From the IMG/VR virus record IMGVR_UViG_3300048577_000566, positions 1 to 36,669 of that record: DNA of 36,669 nucleotides. One strand, written 5' to 3'. Made by a program: the position numbers and the translations under genes. This document shows, piece after piece, positions 1-7,373 of the stretch. Position 1 is the first letter of the stretch. Every line of letters starts with the position of its first letter. The notes beneath the pieces are model-generated. The model saw only the letters and a list, made by a program, of their open reading frames with translations. It had not been told where the DNA came from and searched no databases. This stretch comes from a virus (taxonomy: Duplodnaviria > Caudoviricetes).

Positions 1-1221
1 CTATTTCTGGGGTTTGCGGCGGTGGGCGACGCGCGCCTCACCGATGCGCCGAACGGCTTCCAGGGTCGCCCGATCGTAGATTTTGGCCGTGGTGCTCCGG
101 TCGGAATGGCCAGCCAGCTTCGCGAGATCGTCATTGGAGACGTTGGCGGCGCGGCCTTCGGTAATTGCGCCCGCCCGCAGATCGCGGTTCCAGATAGTCT
201 CAGAGACCTCCTGATCGGTCCTGATCGCCGTCCACAGCTTCTGGAAATAGTCGTGGCGGTAAGGCAGGCCAGTGTTTGGATTGACGATCAGCGGCCCTTT
301 GCGCGTTTCCGCGGGGGTGCGTCGCAACTCTTCAAGGACCATCGGACAGACGCCGAAATCGATCTGAACGATTCTTCCGGAGGTCGTTTCAGTCTTTGAC
401 GGCGTGAATCTGAAGATCTTGTGCTCGTCGATCTGCGACCACATCGGGCCGATCCACTTCATGCCGCGGTCCTGCACGATCGAGGGACGAGGATCGCTCA
501 TTGGCACCCAAACGCCGATCACATCCCACTGCCGGACAGCTCCGTCGAATTGGACGGCGTAAGCGAGAGCGGCCGGCGCATGTCCTTTGGCATGCGCGCC
601 AGCGCGCATTTTGATGATGTCCGCGGCTACAGGGGCGGCTGATCTGGCAGGCTGCGTCGCAAACTCCAAATCGTCCAATACGTCCTTAAGCTCTTTGCAG
701 CCCGGCTTACGGCACATCACGCCAAAGGCGAGGGCCGCACGGATCACCGCGATTGCCATTCTGGCCTTTGGAATCTGGCTCGGATAGCCAGCCTTCTTCG
801 GTTCGGACCATGACGCAAACCAGCGGCGGATGTCGCGGCCGTCGATGTCGTCAACAAGCCGAGAGCCAACCTCCATGATCACCATACGGGCATAGACCTC
901 GTATGGCTTCAGCGTGGACGGCTTCAGCTTTCGATAAGGGCTTTCGGGGTCAGATTGCCACGTCTCGATCAGACTTTTGATTGTGCCGTCGAACTCGGCA
1001 ATCCGGCCCTTGCGGCCAGATATCCATGCTTTCATTTCGGCTTGGAGCCGCTCGCAACGCTCGACAAGCGTGGCAGTATCGCTCGCGTATAGCGATAGAT
1101 TGACGTTCTTGACCGGATAGCCAGCAGCGATGGCGCTTTTCGTTGCGCGCCAAACGGGACGATCGCCCCGGTAGGTCAGACCTGGCGCACTCGCCTTACC
1201 TTTGGTCGATCCCGATTCCAT
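1..1221 (-). CDS. int: Tyrosine recombinase (phage integrase)
   Basis: 406 aa. C-terminal catalytic pattern VRQWD...SKT...RDLRAG...LAGHS...KIYDR. Terminal position in the prophage. Confidence 0.9.
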   Translation of the reverse strand: MESGSTKGKASAPGLTYRGDRPVWRATKSAIAAGYPVKNVNLSLYASDTATLVERCERLQAEMKAWISGRKGRIAEFDGTIKSLIETWQSDPESPYRKLKPSTLKPYEVYARMVIMEVGSRLVDDIDGRDIRRWFASWSEPKKAGYPSQIPKARMAIAVIRAALAFGVMCRKPGCKELKDVLDDLEFATQPARSAAPVAADIIKMRAGAHAKGHAPAALAYAVQFDGAVRQWDVIGVWVPMSDPRPSIVQDRGMKWIGPMWSQIDEHKIFRFTPSKTETTSGRIVQIDFGVCPMVLEELRRTPAETRKGPLIVNPNTGLPYRHDYFQKLWTAIRTDQEVSETIWNRDLRAGAITEGRAANVSNDDLAKLAGHSDRSTTAKIYDRATLEAVRRIGEARVAHRRKPQK

Positions 1222-1481
1222 GCGCCAAGGTTCTCTACGCCGCTCGGCGCCAGCCGGGGCGCCTTTTCAATCAGCCCGTACTCTTGGTCAAAAAATGCTC
1301 TGACGGCGGGAACGTACCGGCCGCCCATCAGGGTGTCTATTCTGGGCAGCCCCCGGCCTTCCAGTAAAGTAGCGATTTGCTTCCATTCCTGCGTTTTCCC
1401 CGGTCCTAGAAAGGCCAAGGAGATCGCATCTTCGGATGCAAACAGCGGCAAACCATCAAAATTTCCCCCCGCCCTGCTCAT
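1176..1481 (-). CDS. Putative excisionase / recombination directionality factor
   Basis: 101 aa small protein immediately upstream of and overlapping int. GGRYVPAVRAFFD winged-helix-like segment. Function inferred from position. Confidence 0.55.
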   Translation of the reverse strand: MSRAGGNFDGLPLFASEDAISLAFLGPGKTQEWKQIATLLEGRGLPRIDTLMGGRYVPAVRAFFDQEYGLIEKAPRLAPSGVENLGAWNRDRPKVRRVRQV

Positions 1482-1660
1482 GTCGTCTCCCGAGGGGAGG
1501 GCGATAAGGAGAATTCGCGGACAAGTCTTTGCACATACGAATATGCACAGATGGAGTACGGGAATATGTCTCTAGCATTATGCCAGATGCGATTGGGATC
1601 AGTTTCCCCTTCGCTGACGCACAGCTTTACGAAAGCCCTTATTGTATTGCATTGTTCCAT
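1478..1660 (-). CDS. Hypothetical phage protein
   Basis: 60 aa ORF abutting or overlapping both neighbours in the leftward operon. Confidence 0.55.
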   Translation of the reverse strand: MEQCNTIRAFVKLCVSEGETDPNRIWHNARDIFPYSICAYSYVQRLVREFSLSPSPRETT

Positions 1661-2035
1661 TCACCCCTCCATCTTCGGCGGGGAGGGGAGAGGCATCCAC
1701 ATCGATGGATCGCGATAGTCATTGTCCGTATCATCGGGACTGCACCAAGTGCCTCGCTCCCAAATCACTATACCAAAGGCTTGTCCTTCGTTTTGCGCAT
1801 ATACGCCGGTAATTGGCGCCCAATAGCCAAGGATGGGTGTTCCATCTTTCGGCGCCTCATCGATTGGTCGCCACATCGCGGCGAGCGCGGCAGAGAGAGC
1901 GGCATCGATCCCAGCTCTCCGGATGTCATTGACTGATATGGGTTTGGGTTCTTTGCTTACATCAACGAGTTTTCTCAGCGCTTTGTTGTACGCCTTGAGC
2001 GCAACCCGCACCATTTCGTCACTGATCTGCATCAT
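1661..2035 (-). CDS. DUF551-like phage protein
   Basis: WRPIDEAPKDGTPIL...WMPLPSPP signature. Confidence 0.75.
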   Translation of the reverse strand: MMQISDEMVRVALKAYNKALRKLVDVSKEPKPISVNDIRRAGIDAALSAALAAMWRPIDEAPKDGTPILGYWAPITGVYAQNEGQAFGIVIWERGTWCSPDDTDNDYRDPSMWMPLPSPPKMEG

Positions 2036-2235
2036 GGGTGCTGTACCGTGATCTGACCACGGACCGCTTTGTAGGGGGGCGGCCAGTCATACTTCTTAGC
2101 GAATTTGAGCGCGGCTTTCTTTGTGCCAAAAACCGAGTCCCATGCAATGTACCAGTCTGTGCGATTTCCTTCGCCGTCGACGTCTTGGCTAATGAGAATC
2201 CAGCCTGAGGTCGGCTTGATTGATTTCTTTCTCAT
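2032..2235 (-). CDS. Hypothetical phage protein
   Basis: 67 aa. GGAGGAGG RBS upstream and 4-nt overlap with the next gene. Confidence 0.65.
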   Translation of the reverse strand: MRKKSIKPTSGWILISQDVDGEGNRTDWYIAWDSVFGTKKAALKFAKKYDWPPPYKAVRGQITVQHP

Positions 2236-2445
2236 CTAATCCTCCTCCTGCTCTGCGAGCGCGCGGCGGCCGGTGTCGGCGAGGAAGTAAGCCTTCTCGC
2301 CAACACAAAGATATCCGGGTATGGATCGACCGAGCACCACGCGGTTTGGTGTTTCCCAATATGTGCAGTCCCTCTCCGCTCGCGGGTGCACGTTCATCTT
2401 TCCGATGGTGCTAAAGAACTCGTCCTTAGAAACGCGCGTTTCCAT
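2236..2445 (-). CDS. Hypothetical phage protein (METRVSKDEFF...)
   Basis: Start trimmed to ATG 2445, which follows a purine-rich GGGAGGGGCGAAGGG tract. Stop abuts the next start. Confidence 0.6.
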   Translation of the reverse strand: METRVSKDEFFSTIGKMNVHPRAERDCTYWETPNRVVLGRSIPGYLCVGEKAYFLADTGRRALAEQEED

Positions 2446-3749
2446 CCCTTCGCCCCTCCCGCGCGGATCGCGGCGGCGATCATGTCGCGATCGTCCCATT
2501 GCAACTGCACATCAACGACCTTCGCGCACCGCTCCCGCTCGTCGGCGCGGATCGCGGCTTCGTCGAGTGATGATGGTTGATAAAGCCGAAGCCGATGAAG
2601 CGTGACGTCGATACAATCAATCAGGTCGCGGAACGATCTCCAATTCGGGAAGCGTTCTTCGATCTGACCGATGATCTGATCCGCAACAGCACTCTCGCTC
2701 GCCGCCGTCACCAGCCCGGATGAGAGGATGGCGGTGGCTTGTTCTCGCTGCTCATGCCAGTCAGGTTCTCCGTCGATCTCAGTTGCGCTGAGCGGCCGAA
2801 GGCCATGTCGTTCTCGGATTACATTTCCGAGAAGCGCCGCGATTTCATCCACACTAGCTTCTGACAACGCGCCAGGATCGGGCTGCGGGTCTGACGGGCC
2901 TGGCAACGGGGAATGCTTCGGCTTTGCTGCCTGCTTGGCCCTGATCTGCTCGACATTCGTCCAAATGCGCGCGAGTTCTTTCTCGGCAGCTGCGTGCATG
3001 TCGAAGCCGTTGGCGAGGCAGAGCGCCGCCAGCGTGACCATCACCCCGCCAACTTCCTGATTTATGTCGCCTTGTGGTCGACCATAGACATAGTCGACAA
3101 GCTGATGCGCCTCGTATTGCGTGCAGCCGCACGCCTGCACCAATTCCAGGGCTTCCTCTAGGAAGCGATAGTTACGCTCGATTTTGTCCGCAGCGATCTG
3201 CTCACCAAAGCAAGCGATCATCCACGGCTGAATGCGGGATTGGAATGAGCCGCCGTCAGAACTCTTGATCTCGCCTCTGGAATTGTGGGCGAGGACTACG
3301 CTGATGCGCTCGATCTCTCGTTTGTGCTCACCTCGTCGCCAGTAATAGTCGGCATCACCCCGACCCGATTTCGAGAGCGCCTTATCCTCGCGCTCGTGCC
3401 AACGCTGACATTCTGCCAACGCCTCCCGCAGCGCGTCGCTGGCGGCAAGGCAGAGGGCGGATGGACGATAAACGAGGACTGGCACCTCGCCGTTTGGCCC
3501 TTTCTCGGCAAGGCGTGCAGCTTCCTGCATCGCATCTGCAAGCGTCGTCTGCCTTCCGATGTAGACACCTTCTGCCATCAGAGCACCGCGAACATATCGA
3601 TCAAACTTGAACGGCGGCTTCTCGTCGGCCCGCGCGCCTTCTTCGGCAACGACATACCAGTATGTCATTCCGTCCGGTCCGGCATCTGGCACCGTAACAA
3701 GGTGCCACGGACCCGGCGTATGTCCCGCCACGCTGCTCTCACTCGTCAT
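2394..3749 (-). CDS. Mosaic early protein with central MazG-like NTP pyrophosphohydrolase domain
   Basis: RFLEEALELVQA...QEVGGVMVTLAALC resembles the all-alpha NTP-PPase pattern. C-terminal AAIRADERERCAK...IAAAIRA phage module. Confidence 0.65.
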   Translation of the reverse strand: MTSESSVAGHTPGPWHLVTVPDAGPDGMTYWYVVAEEGARADEKPPFKFDRYVRGALMAEGVYIGRQTTLADAMQEAARLAEKGPNGEVPVLVYRPSALCLAASDALREALAECQRWHEREDKALSKSGRGDADYYWRRGEHKREIERISVVLAHNSRGEIKSSDGGSFQSRIQPWMIACFGEQIAADKIERNYRFLEEALELVQACGCTQYEAHQLVDYVYGRPQGDINQEVGGVMVTLAALCLANGFDMHAAAEKELARIWTNVEQIRAKQAAKPKHSPLPGPSDPQPDPGALSEASVDEIAALLGNVIRERHGLRPLSATEIDGEPDWHEQREQATAILSSGLVTAASESAVADQIIGQIEERFPNWRSFRDLIDCIDVTLHRLRLYQPSSLDEAAIRADERERCAKVVDVQLQWDDRDMIAAAIRAGGAKGWKRAFLRTSSLAPSER

Positions 3750-3759
3750 TGGAGCGGCC

Positions 3760-4107
3760 TCAATCAGCCACGCGGCGAGCTTGCTCCGCGAACGGATCGA
3801 ATTCGCGGCTCACGTCGATGCGATAGATTCCGGAGTCAAGATCGTATCCGCCATGCGGGTTAGCCGCGTCCTGAATGAATTTCTGCGGCTCCTTCAGGAT
3901 CGCGTAGAACTGCTGCATGCCGGCGGGCACCTTATCGACACGCTCCATCACGTCGCCGCCGGTGAGGATATGGTGATGACCGCTTTCGCTGTGGCTGATG
4001 ACGAAGCCCTTGGCGACACGGCCGGCCCTCTTGGTCGTCATGCCCTTCGGCAGACGATCAATCTTCACGATGCGGCACTCGCCCTGTTGTCCGATAACCT
4101 GCTTCAT
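3760..4107 (-). CDS. Small His-rich partner protein of DUF6745-like gene
   Basis: ATG 4107 with TAGGAG RBS, 115 aa. QQGE...HSESGHHH...PH...G.Y...REFDP...RRVAD matches the pattern I recall for proteins encoded beside DUF6745 genes. Confidence 0.75.
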   Translation of the reverse strand: MKQVIGQQGECRIVKIDRLPKGMTTKRAGRVAKGFVISHSESGHHHILTGGDVMERVDKVPAGMQQFYAILKEPQKFIQDAANPHGGYDLDSGIYRIDVSREFDPFAEQARRVAD

Positions 4108-4120
4108 AGTTGTGCTCCTA

Positions 4121-5620
4121 TTAGGTCCTGATGGGTGGATGTTCATATTCAAATTGCGGGTCACCGACGCGCCACGCCTGAGCGGCAATCACGGTGTCGA
4201 TCGGCAGGCCGTCGATATCGCTAACGCGCGGTACGCCTTCGACAATGATTCCGTTGCGGGGGCATTTGGCGCGCAGGAAGCGGCCCGGTTCGCTCAATCC
4301 TGGTAGCGTCAGCTCAATCAGCGCTCCAAGATCGCTGTCGGGATCGCCATCGATAACCTTGCGCTTGAGCACGGTTTCCATCCTCGGCCAGCCGATGATG
4401 GCCGCGCCGGCTGCGCGCTGCTCAACATTCGTCGCCTTAATCACTTCTGCTGGATCGAGCTTGTCGCGCTGCTCAATCCAATGGGCCGGGACGCGGACGC
4501 CGTGCCAGTGATAGAGAGACCAACCATCACGCCAGCGATGGGACGGCCCATTTTCGCAATGAGGGCGGTTCTGATCATCGACTTTGAGGACACCGGGAAA
4601 GTCCGAGACGATGCAGAATTCCTCGTGCATCACGCGGAAGCCGCCGTGGATAGCAGCTTGCTCCCAATAGGCGTATGCGTCGTGCTCTCGCAGTTCGAGG
4701 CCGAGAATATCGCGGCAGGCAGTTAGGTAGCAGTCGTATCCGGCCCACATATTGCCGCCCTGATTGACGTTCGACCAACGCTTGGCGCATTCAAGGCCGA
4801 GTTCCCCGCCAAGCTGCAGGCAGGCGATAGCCGCTTGCTCTTCGGCGCTGCGCGTGGCGCTGCGCGTGGCGCTGGCCGTGGCGCTGGCCGTGGCGCTGTC
4901 CGTGGCGCTGGCCGTGGCGCTGGCCGTGGCGCTGTCCGTGGCGCTGCGCGTGGCGCTGGCCGTGGCGCTGCGCGTGGCGCTGGCCGTGGCGCTGTACGTG
5001 GCGCTGGCCGTGGCGCTGTCCGTGGCGCTGCGCGTGGCGCTGTCCGTGGCGCTGTCCGTGGCGCTGTCCGTGGCGCTGCGCGTGGCGCTGGCCGTGGCGC
5101 TGTACGTGGCGCTGTCCGTGGCGCTGCGCGTGGCGCTGCGCGTGGCGCTGGCCGTGGCGCTGGCCGTGGCGCTGTCCGTGGCGCTGGCCGTGGCGCTGTA
5201 CGTGGCGCTGCGCGTGGCGCTGGCCGTGGCGCTGTACGTGGCGCTGCGCGTGGCGCTGTCCGTGGCGCTGTCCGTGGCGCTGTCCGTGGCGCTGCGCGTG
5301 GCGCTGCGCGTGGCGCTGTACGTGGCGCTGGCCGTGGCGCTGGCCTTACTATTTCTGCTTTTTCGGCCATACCAGATTGCGGCCGACGCACCGTATGCAA
5401 AGGCCATTACGAGAGGCGATGGAGCGATCACGACGCGCGGCTTTTTGAGCCCGGCGACGCGATAGAGCCCTTCGACCGCCGGGATGATCTTCTCCGGCTC
5501 AATCGGATCGGTTCGCATGGCGCGGGCAATCCAGAGCTTCGCATGCTCGTCCATGCGGGCTTTTTCTACCAGCGTGATTCCGCCGAGCGCTTTGGATTTG
5601 GTGCGAACGATCTTCGCCAT
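4121..5620 (-). CDS. DUF6745-like protein with internal (SAT-X)41 repeat
   Basis: N-terminal LYRVAGLKKPRVVIAPSP and C-terminal CIVSDFP...RPHCENGP...DGWSLYHWHGVRVP...NVEQR...AQAW...YEHPPIRT motifs. Start is ATG 5620 or GTG 5623, overlapping the upstream TGA. Confidence 0.8.
   Translation of the reverse strand: MAKIVRTKSKALGGITLVEKARMDEHAKLWIARAMRTDPIEPEKIIPAVEGLYRVAGLKKPRVVIAPSPLVMAFAYGASAAIWYGRKSRNSKASATASATYSATRSATRSATDSATDSATDSATRSATYSATASATRSATYSATASATDSATASATASATRSATRSATDSATYSATASATRSATDSATDSATDSATRSATDSATASATYSATASATRSATASATRSATDSATASATASATDSATASATASATRSATRSAEEQAAIACLQLGGELGLECAKRWSNVNQGGNMWAGYDCYLTACRDILGLELREHDAYAYWEQAAIHGGFRVMHEEFCIVSDFPGVLKVDDQNRPHCENGPSHRWRDGWSLYHWHGVRVPAHWIEQRDKLDPAEVIKATNVEQRAAGAAIIGWPRMETVLKRKVIDGDPDSDLGALIELTLPGLSEPGRFLRAKCPRNGIIVEGVPRVSDIDGLPIDTVIAAQAWRVGDPQFEYEHPPIRT
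4850..5341 (-). repeat. Coding minisatellite: 41 x 12 bp, AGCGCCACG-NNC
   Basis: Directly visible. Only four variants: GCC x13, CGC x12, GAC x11, TAC x5. Partial units at both flanks. Confidence 0.98.
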
Positions 5621-5835
5621 CACGCCGCCCTCTCTGGATCGTGGTCGCCGACCGTGCCGAGTTCTGTCGATCGCTCTGCGATGGTCGGAATGTTGAAAGC
5701 GTTGCAGGTGTCAACGATGTGTTCGCGGAGCTGGCCCTCAAGCTTGTCGCCGAGCAGGCCAGAAGCGGCGATTGCTTCTGCGGTACCGATGATTTTGCTG
5801 ACCGCGTACAGCTTGCGCATGTCGGAGGTCATCAC
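5620..5835 (-). CDS. Hypothetical phage protein
   Basis: 71 aa. GGGAGG RBS and stop/start overlaps on both sides. Confidence 0.65.
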   Translation of the reverse strand: MMTSDMRKLYAVSKIIGTAEAIAASGLLGDKLEGQLREHIVDTCNAFNIPTIAERSTELGTVGDHDPERAA

Positions 5836-6110
5836 GCAGCCTCCCGCATCGGCAGGCCGGCCACAGAGCCGGTGAGGCGGGTGTGGTGAATTTGGACAAC
5901 CGGATCGCCGTTGATCGCGATCAGGTCGCGGCCGTCGTCATCCTCGATCAGATCAACGGTGTCGTCCGCGTAGCAGTCGAATTCGTCGCGGACGCAGCGC
6001 TCGATCCAGCCCCAGCGGTCGAAGATCGAGAGCGAATGGGTCGAGGCAAAAACGAACGACGTGTCCAGCTTTGAAAGACTGATCCAACTGGCGTCCCGGA
6101 TGGCTGGCAT
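5832..6110 (-). CDS. Hypothetical protein, first gene of leftward early operon
   Basis: 92 aa. GGGGAG RBS, directly downstream of the pL-like promoter. Confidence 0.7.
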   Translation of the reverse strand: MPAIRDASWISLSKLDTSFVFASTHSLSIFDRWGWIERCVRDEFDCYADDTVDLIEDDDGRDLIAINGDPVVQIHHTRLTGSVAGLPMREAA

Positions 6111-6139
6111 CGGTGGCTCCCCGATCTGGTGATGGGGAG

Positions 6140-6168
6140 AGAGTAGGTAATACCTACCTACATGTCAA
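6140..6168 (-). promoter_or_regulatory. pL-like sigma70 promoter
   Basis: Minus strand TTGACA-N17-TACTCT with an operator palindrome over the spacer and -10. Confidence 0.85.
6143..6157. promoter_or_regulatory. Repressor operator OL1 (GTAGGT-AAT-ACCTAC)
   Basis: Perfect 6-3-6 palindrome. The same motif recurs between repressor and cro. Confidence 0.85.
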
Positions 6169-6176
6169 CAGAAAAA

Positions 6177-6191
6177 GTAAGTGAAACCTAC
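6177..6191. promoter_or_regulatory. Repressor operator OL2 (GTAAGT-GAA-ACCTAC)
   Basis: One mismatch to the GTAGGY-N3-RCCTAC consensus. Confidence 0.75.
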
Positions 6192-6198
6192 AGTTTCT

Positions 6199-6213
6199 GT
6201 TCTTGATTTGTTC
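6199..6213 (+). promoter_or_regulatory. Alphaproteobacterial LexA (SOS) box GTTC-TTGATTT-GTTC
   Basis: Exact GTTC-N7-GTTC in intergenic DNA, overlapping a candidate -35 (TTGATT 6203-6208, N17, CAGCAT 6226-6231). Confidence 0.8.
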
Positions 6214-6267
6214 TAGGAATAGAGTCAGCATTTCAGCGGCAACGTCAAGAGTGCAGGGAGCGTAACG

Positions 6268-6519
6268 GTGGCCTATCAGGAAATGTATTTCGTGCAATTA
6301 TTTGGTTTGACTGCGAAAAATCTGCTGTCGCTGGTCGCGACGTATCACGCGAACAATGCTGAACATGCCGTGGCGCGGGCGCAAGCCTACTTCGATCGTG
6401 GCGTTGCCGGCGCGATCGCTTTCAGTCAGTTGGTCGACGAGAAGGCGGAAGATGCCCAAGAGCCGACGTTGCTGGTCGCGTTCGGTCGGGTGCCAGACGA
6501 GGCGAGGGCGGTAGCATGA
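6268..6519 (+). CDS. Small protein downstream of LexA box; candidate antirepressor
   Basis: 83 aa, GTG start with GGGAG RBS. Function is inferred from the regulatory context only. Confidence 0.7.
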   Translation: MAYQEMYFVQLFGLTAKNLLSLVATYHANNAEHAVARAQAYFDRGVAGAIAFSQLVDEKAEDAQEPTLLVAFGRVPDEARAVA

Positions 6520-6639
6520 CCAAGTTTCGATCACAGCGAAATGATGAAGACCCCTGTCGCAAATCCCCTTTTGCGCGACTTCCCCGGCTGAGCAGGAATC
6601 ATGTTATCAACTTAGCCTCAGCGTGTCAGGGGTGGGCGA

Positions 6640-6873
6640 ATGGCGATCAAAATGAACCTGTCTCCCGAGGAGACGATGGCAGCGTTCTCTGGGTCAGCAT
6701 TCGGCGTCAATCGCTTCGTGACTTCGCCAAACGGAACATGGGTGCGTCTTGCCTTTCTAGAAAGGGGGCCAGACGATGTGGATCACTTTCGAACGGCCGT
6801 GATTCTGGCGCCCGGCGATATAACTTCCCTTGTCGAGCTCCTTTCGCAGTACATTCCAAAACCAGAGCAATAA
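6640..6873 (+). CDS. Small protein, DUF3467-like
   Basis: 77 aa. NRF...VRLAFLE...RTAVIL.P.D...L..LL pattern. Family call tentative. Confidence 0.6.
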   Translation: MAIKMNLSPEETMAAFSGSAFGVNRFVTSPNGTWVRLAFLERGPDDVDHFRTAVILAPGDITSLVELLSQYIPKPEQ

Positions 6874-6877
6874 CCAG

Positions 6878-7339
6878 ATGGCGAACGGGGCATCTGGCAC
6901 GAGCGGCACTACACCATCTGCTGCATCGGCAGCGAGCGGCCAGAATCTTACTGCTCCTAGCGCCGCAGCTGGTTCTCCCGCCGGGTCGCCAACGCGTCGG
7001 ATGCGGTCTGCTGCAGGAAGCAACTATTACGTGCTGCACGGAGCACGTAAAGTGAAAGCATATCCGGTTACGCGTGATGAATTGTTCGGTTTGGGCGGTG
7101 CCGGCGTAATAGCAACCATTTGTTTTTCGGTTGGCGGAAATTATTTGAACCGATCCTACGATATTGGAAAAGACTTAGAGCTGACCGTGGGCGTTCCTCC
7201 CGAGCTAAAGGCGCGGTGGCAATCAAAAGAGGCTGATTATTTTACATTTGGCTTGATCATTTTCGCGATAGGAGTCGCGGCTTTTATTGCGGGGGGCGTT
7301 AAGGTGATAAGTATCATTATGACAACAGATCACCCATGA
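6878..7339 (+). CDS. Two-TM membrane protein
   Basis: ATG 4 nt after the upstream stop. Ser/Ala/Gly-rich N-terminus and two hydrophobic segments (LFGLGGAGVIATICFSVGG; FTFGLIIFAIGVAAFIAGGV). Visibly more AT-rich 3' half. Confidence 0.7.
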   Translation: MANGASGTSGTTPSAASAASGQNLTAPSAAAGSPAGSPTRRMRSAAGSNYYVLHGARKVKAYPVTRDELFGLGGAGVIATICFSVGGNYLNRSYDIGKDLELTVGVPPELKARWQSKEADYFTFGLIIFAIGVAAFIAGGVKVISIIMTTDHP

Positions 7340-7373
7340 GGCCCGGCGGCAGCAACCAAGCAGTACAGCTTGT

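Noticed and set aside
4850-5341. CRISPR array
   Set aside because: The units are 12 bp with only 2 variable bases and no unique spacers. No cas genes are present and the array is in frame within a protein.
4850-5341. Diversity-generating retroelement target (variable codons are all NNC, as AAC mutagenesis would give)
   Set aside because: The other adenines in the unit are invariant and only four codons recur. No reverse transcriptase or template repeat is in the window.
4723-5875. Alternative-frame ORFs over the array (RAAP/RTAP, VAL-X and GAxR repeats)
   Set aside because: They are stop-free shadows of a GC-rich repeat. Only the SAT-X frame joins recognisable N- and C-terminal domains and fits the operon.
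6351-6364. Second LexA box GAAC...GAAC
   Set aside because: The spacer is 6 nt, not 7, and it lies inside the coding region.
6516-7055. 179-aa + strand ORF overlapping the cassette
   Set aside because: Arg-rich, non-protein-like composition. It overlaps two better ORFs (6640-6873 and 6878-7339).
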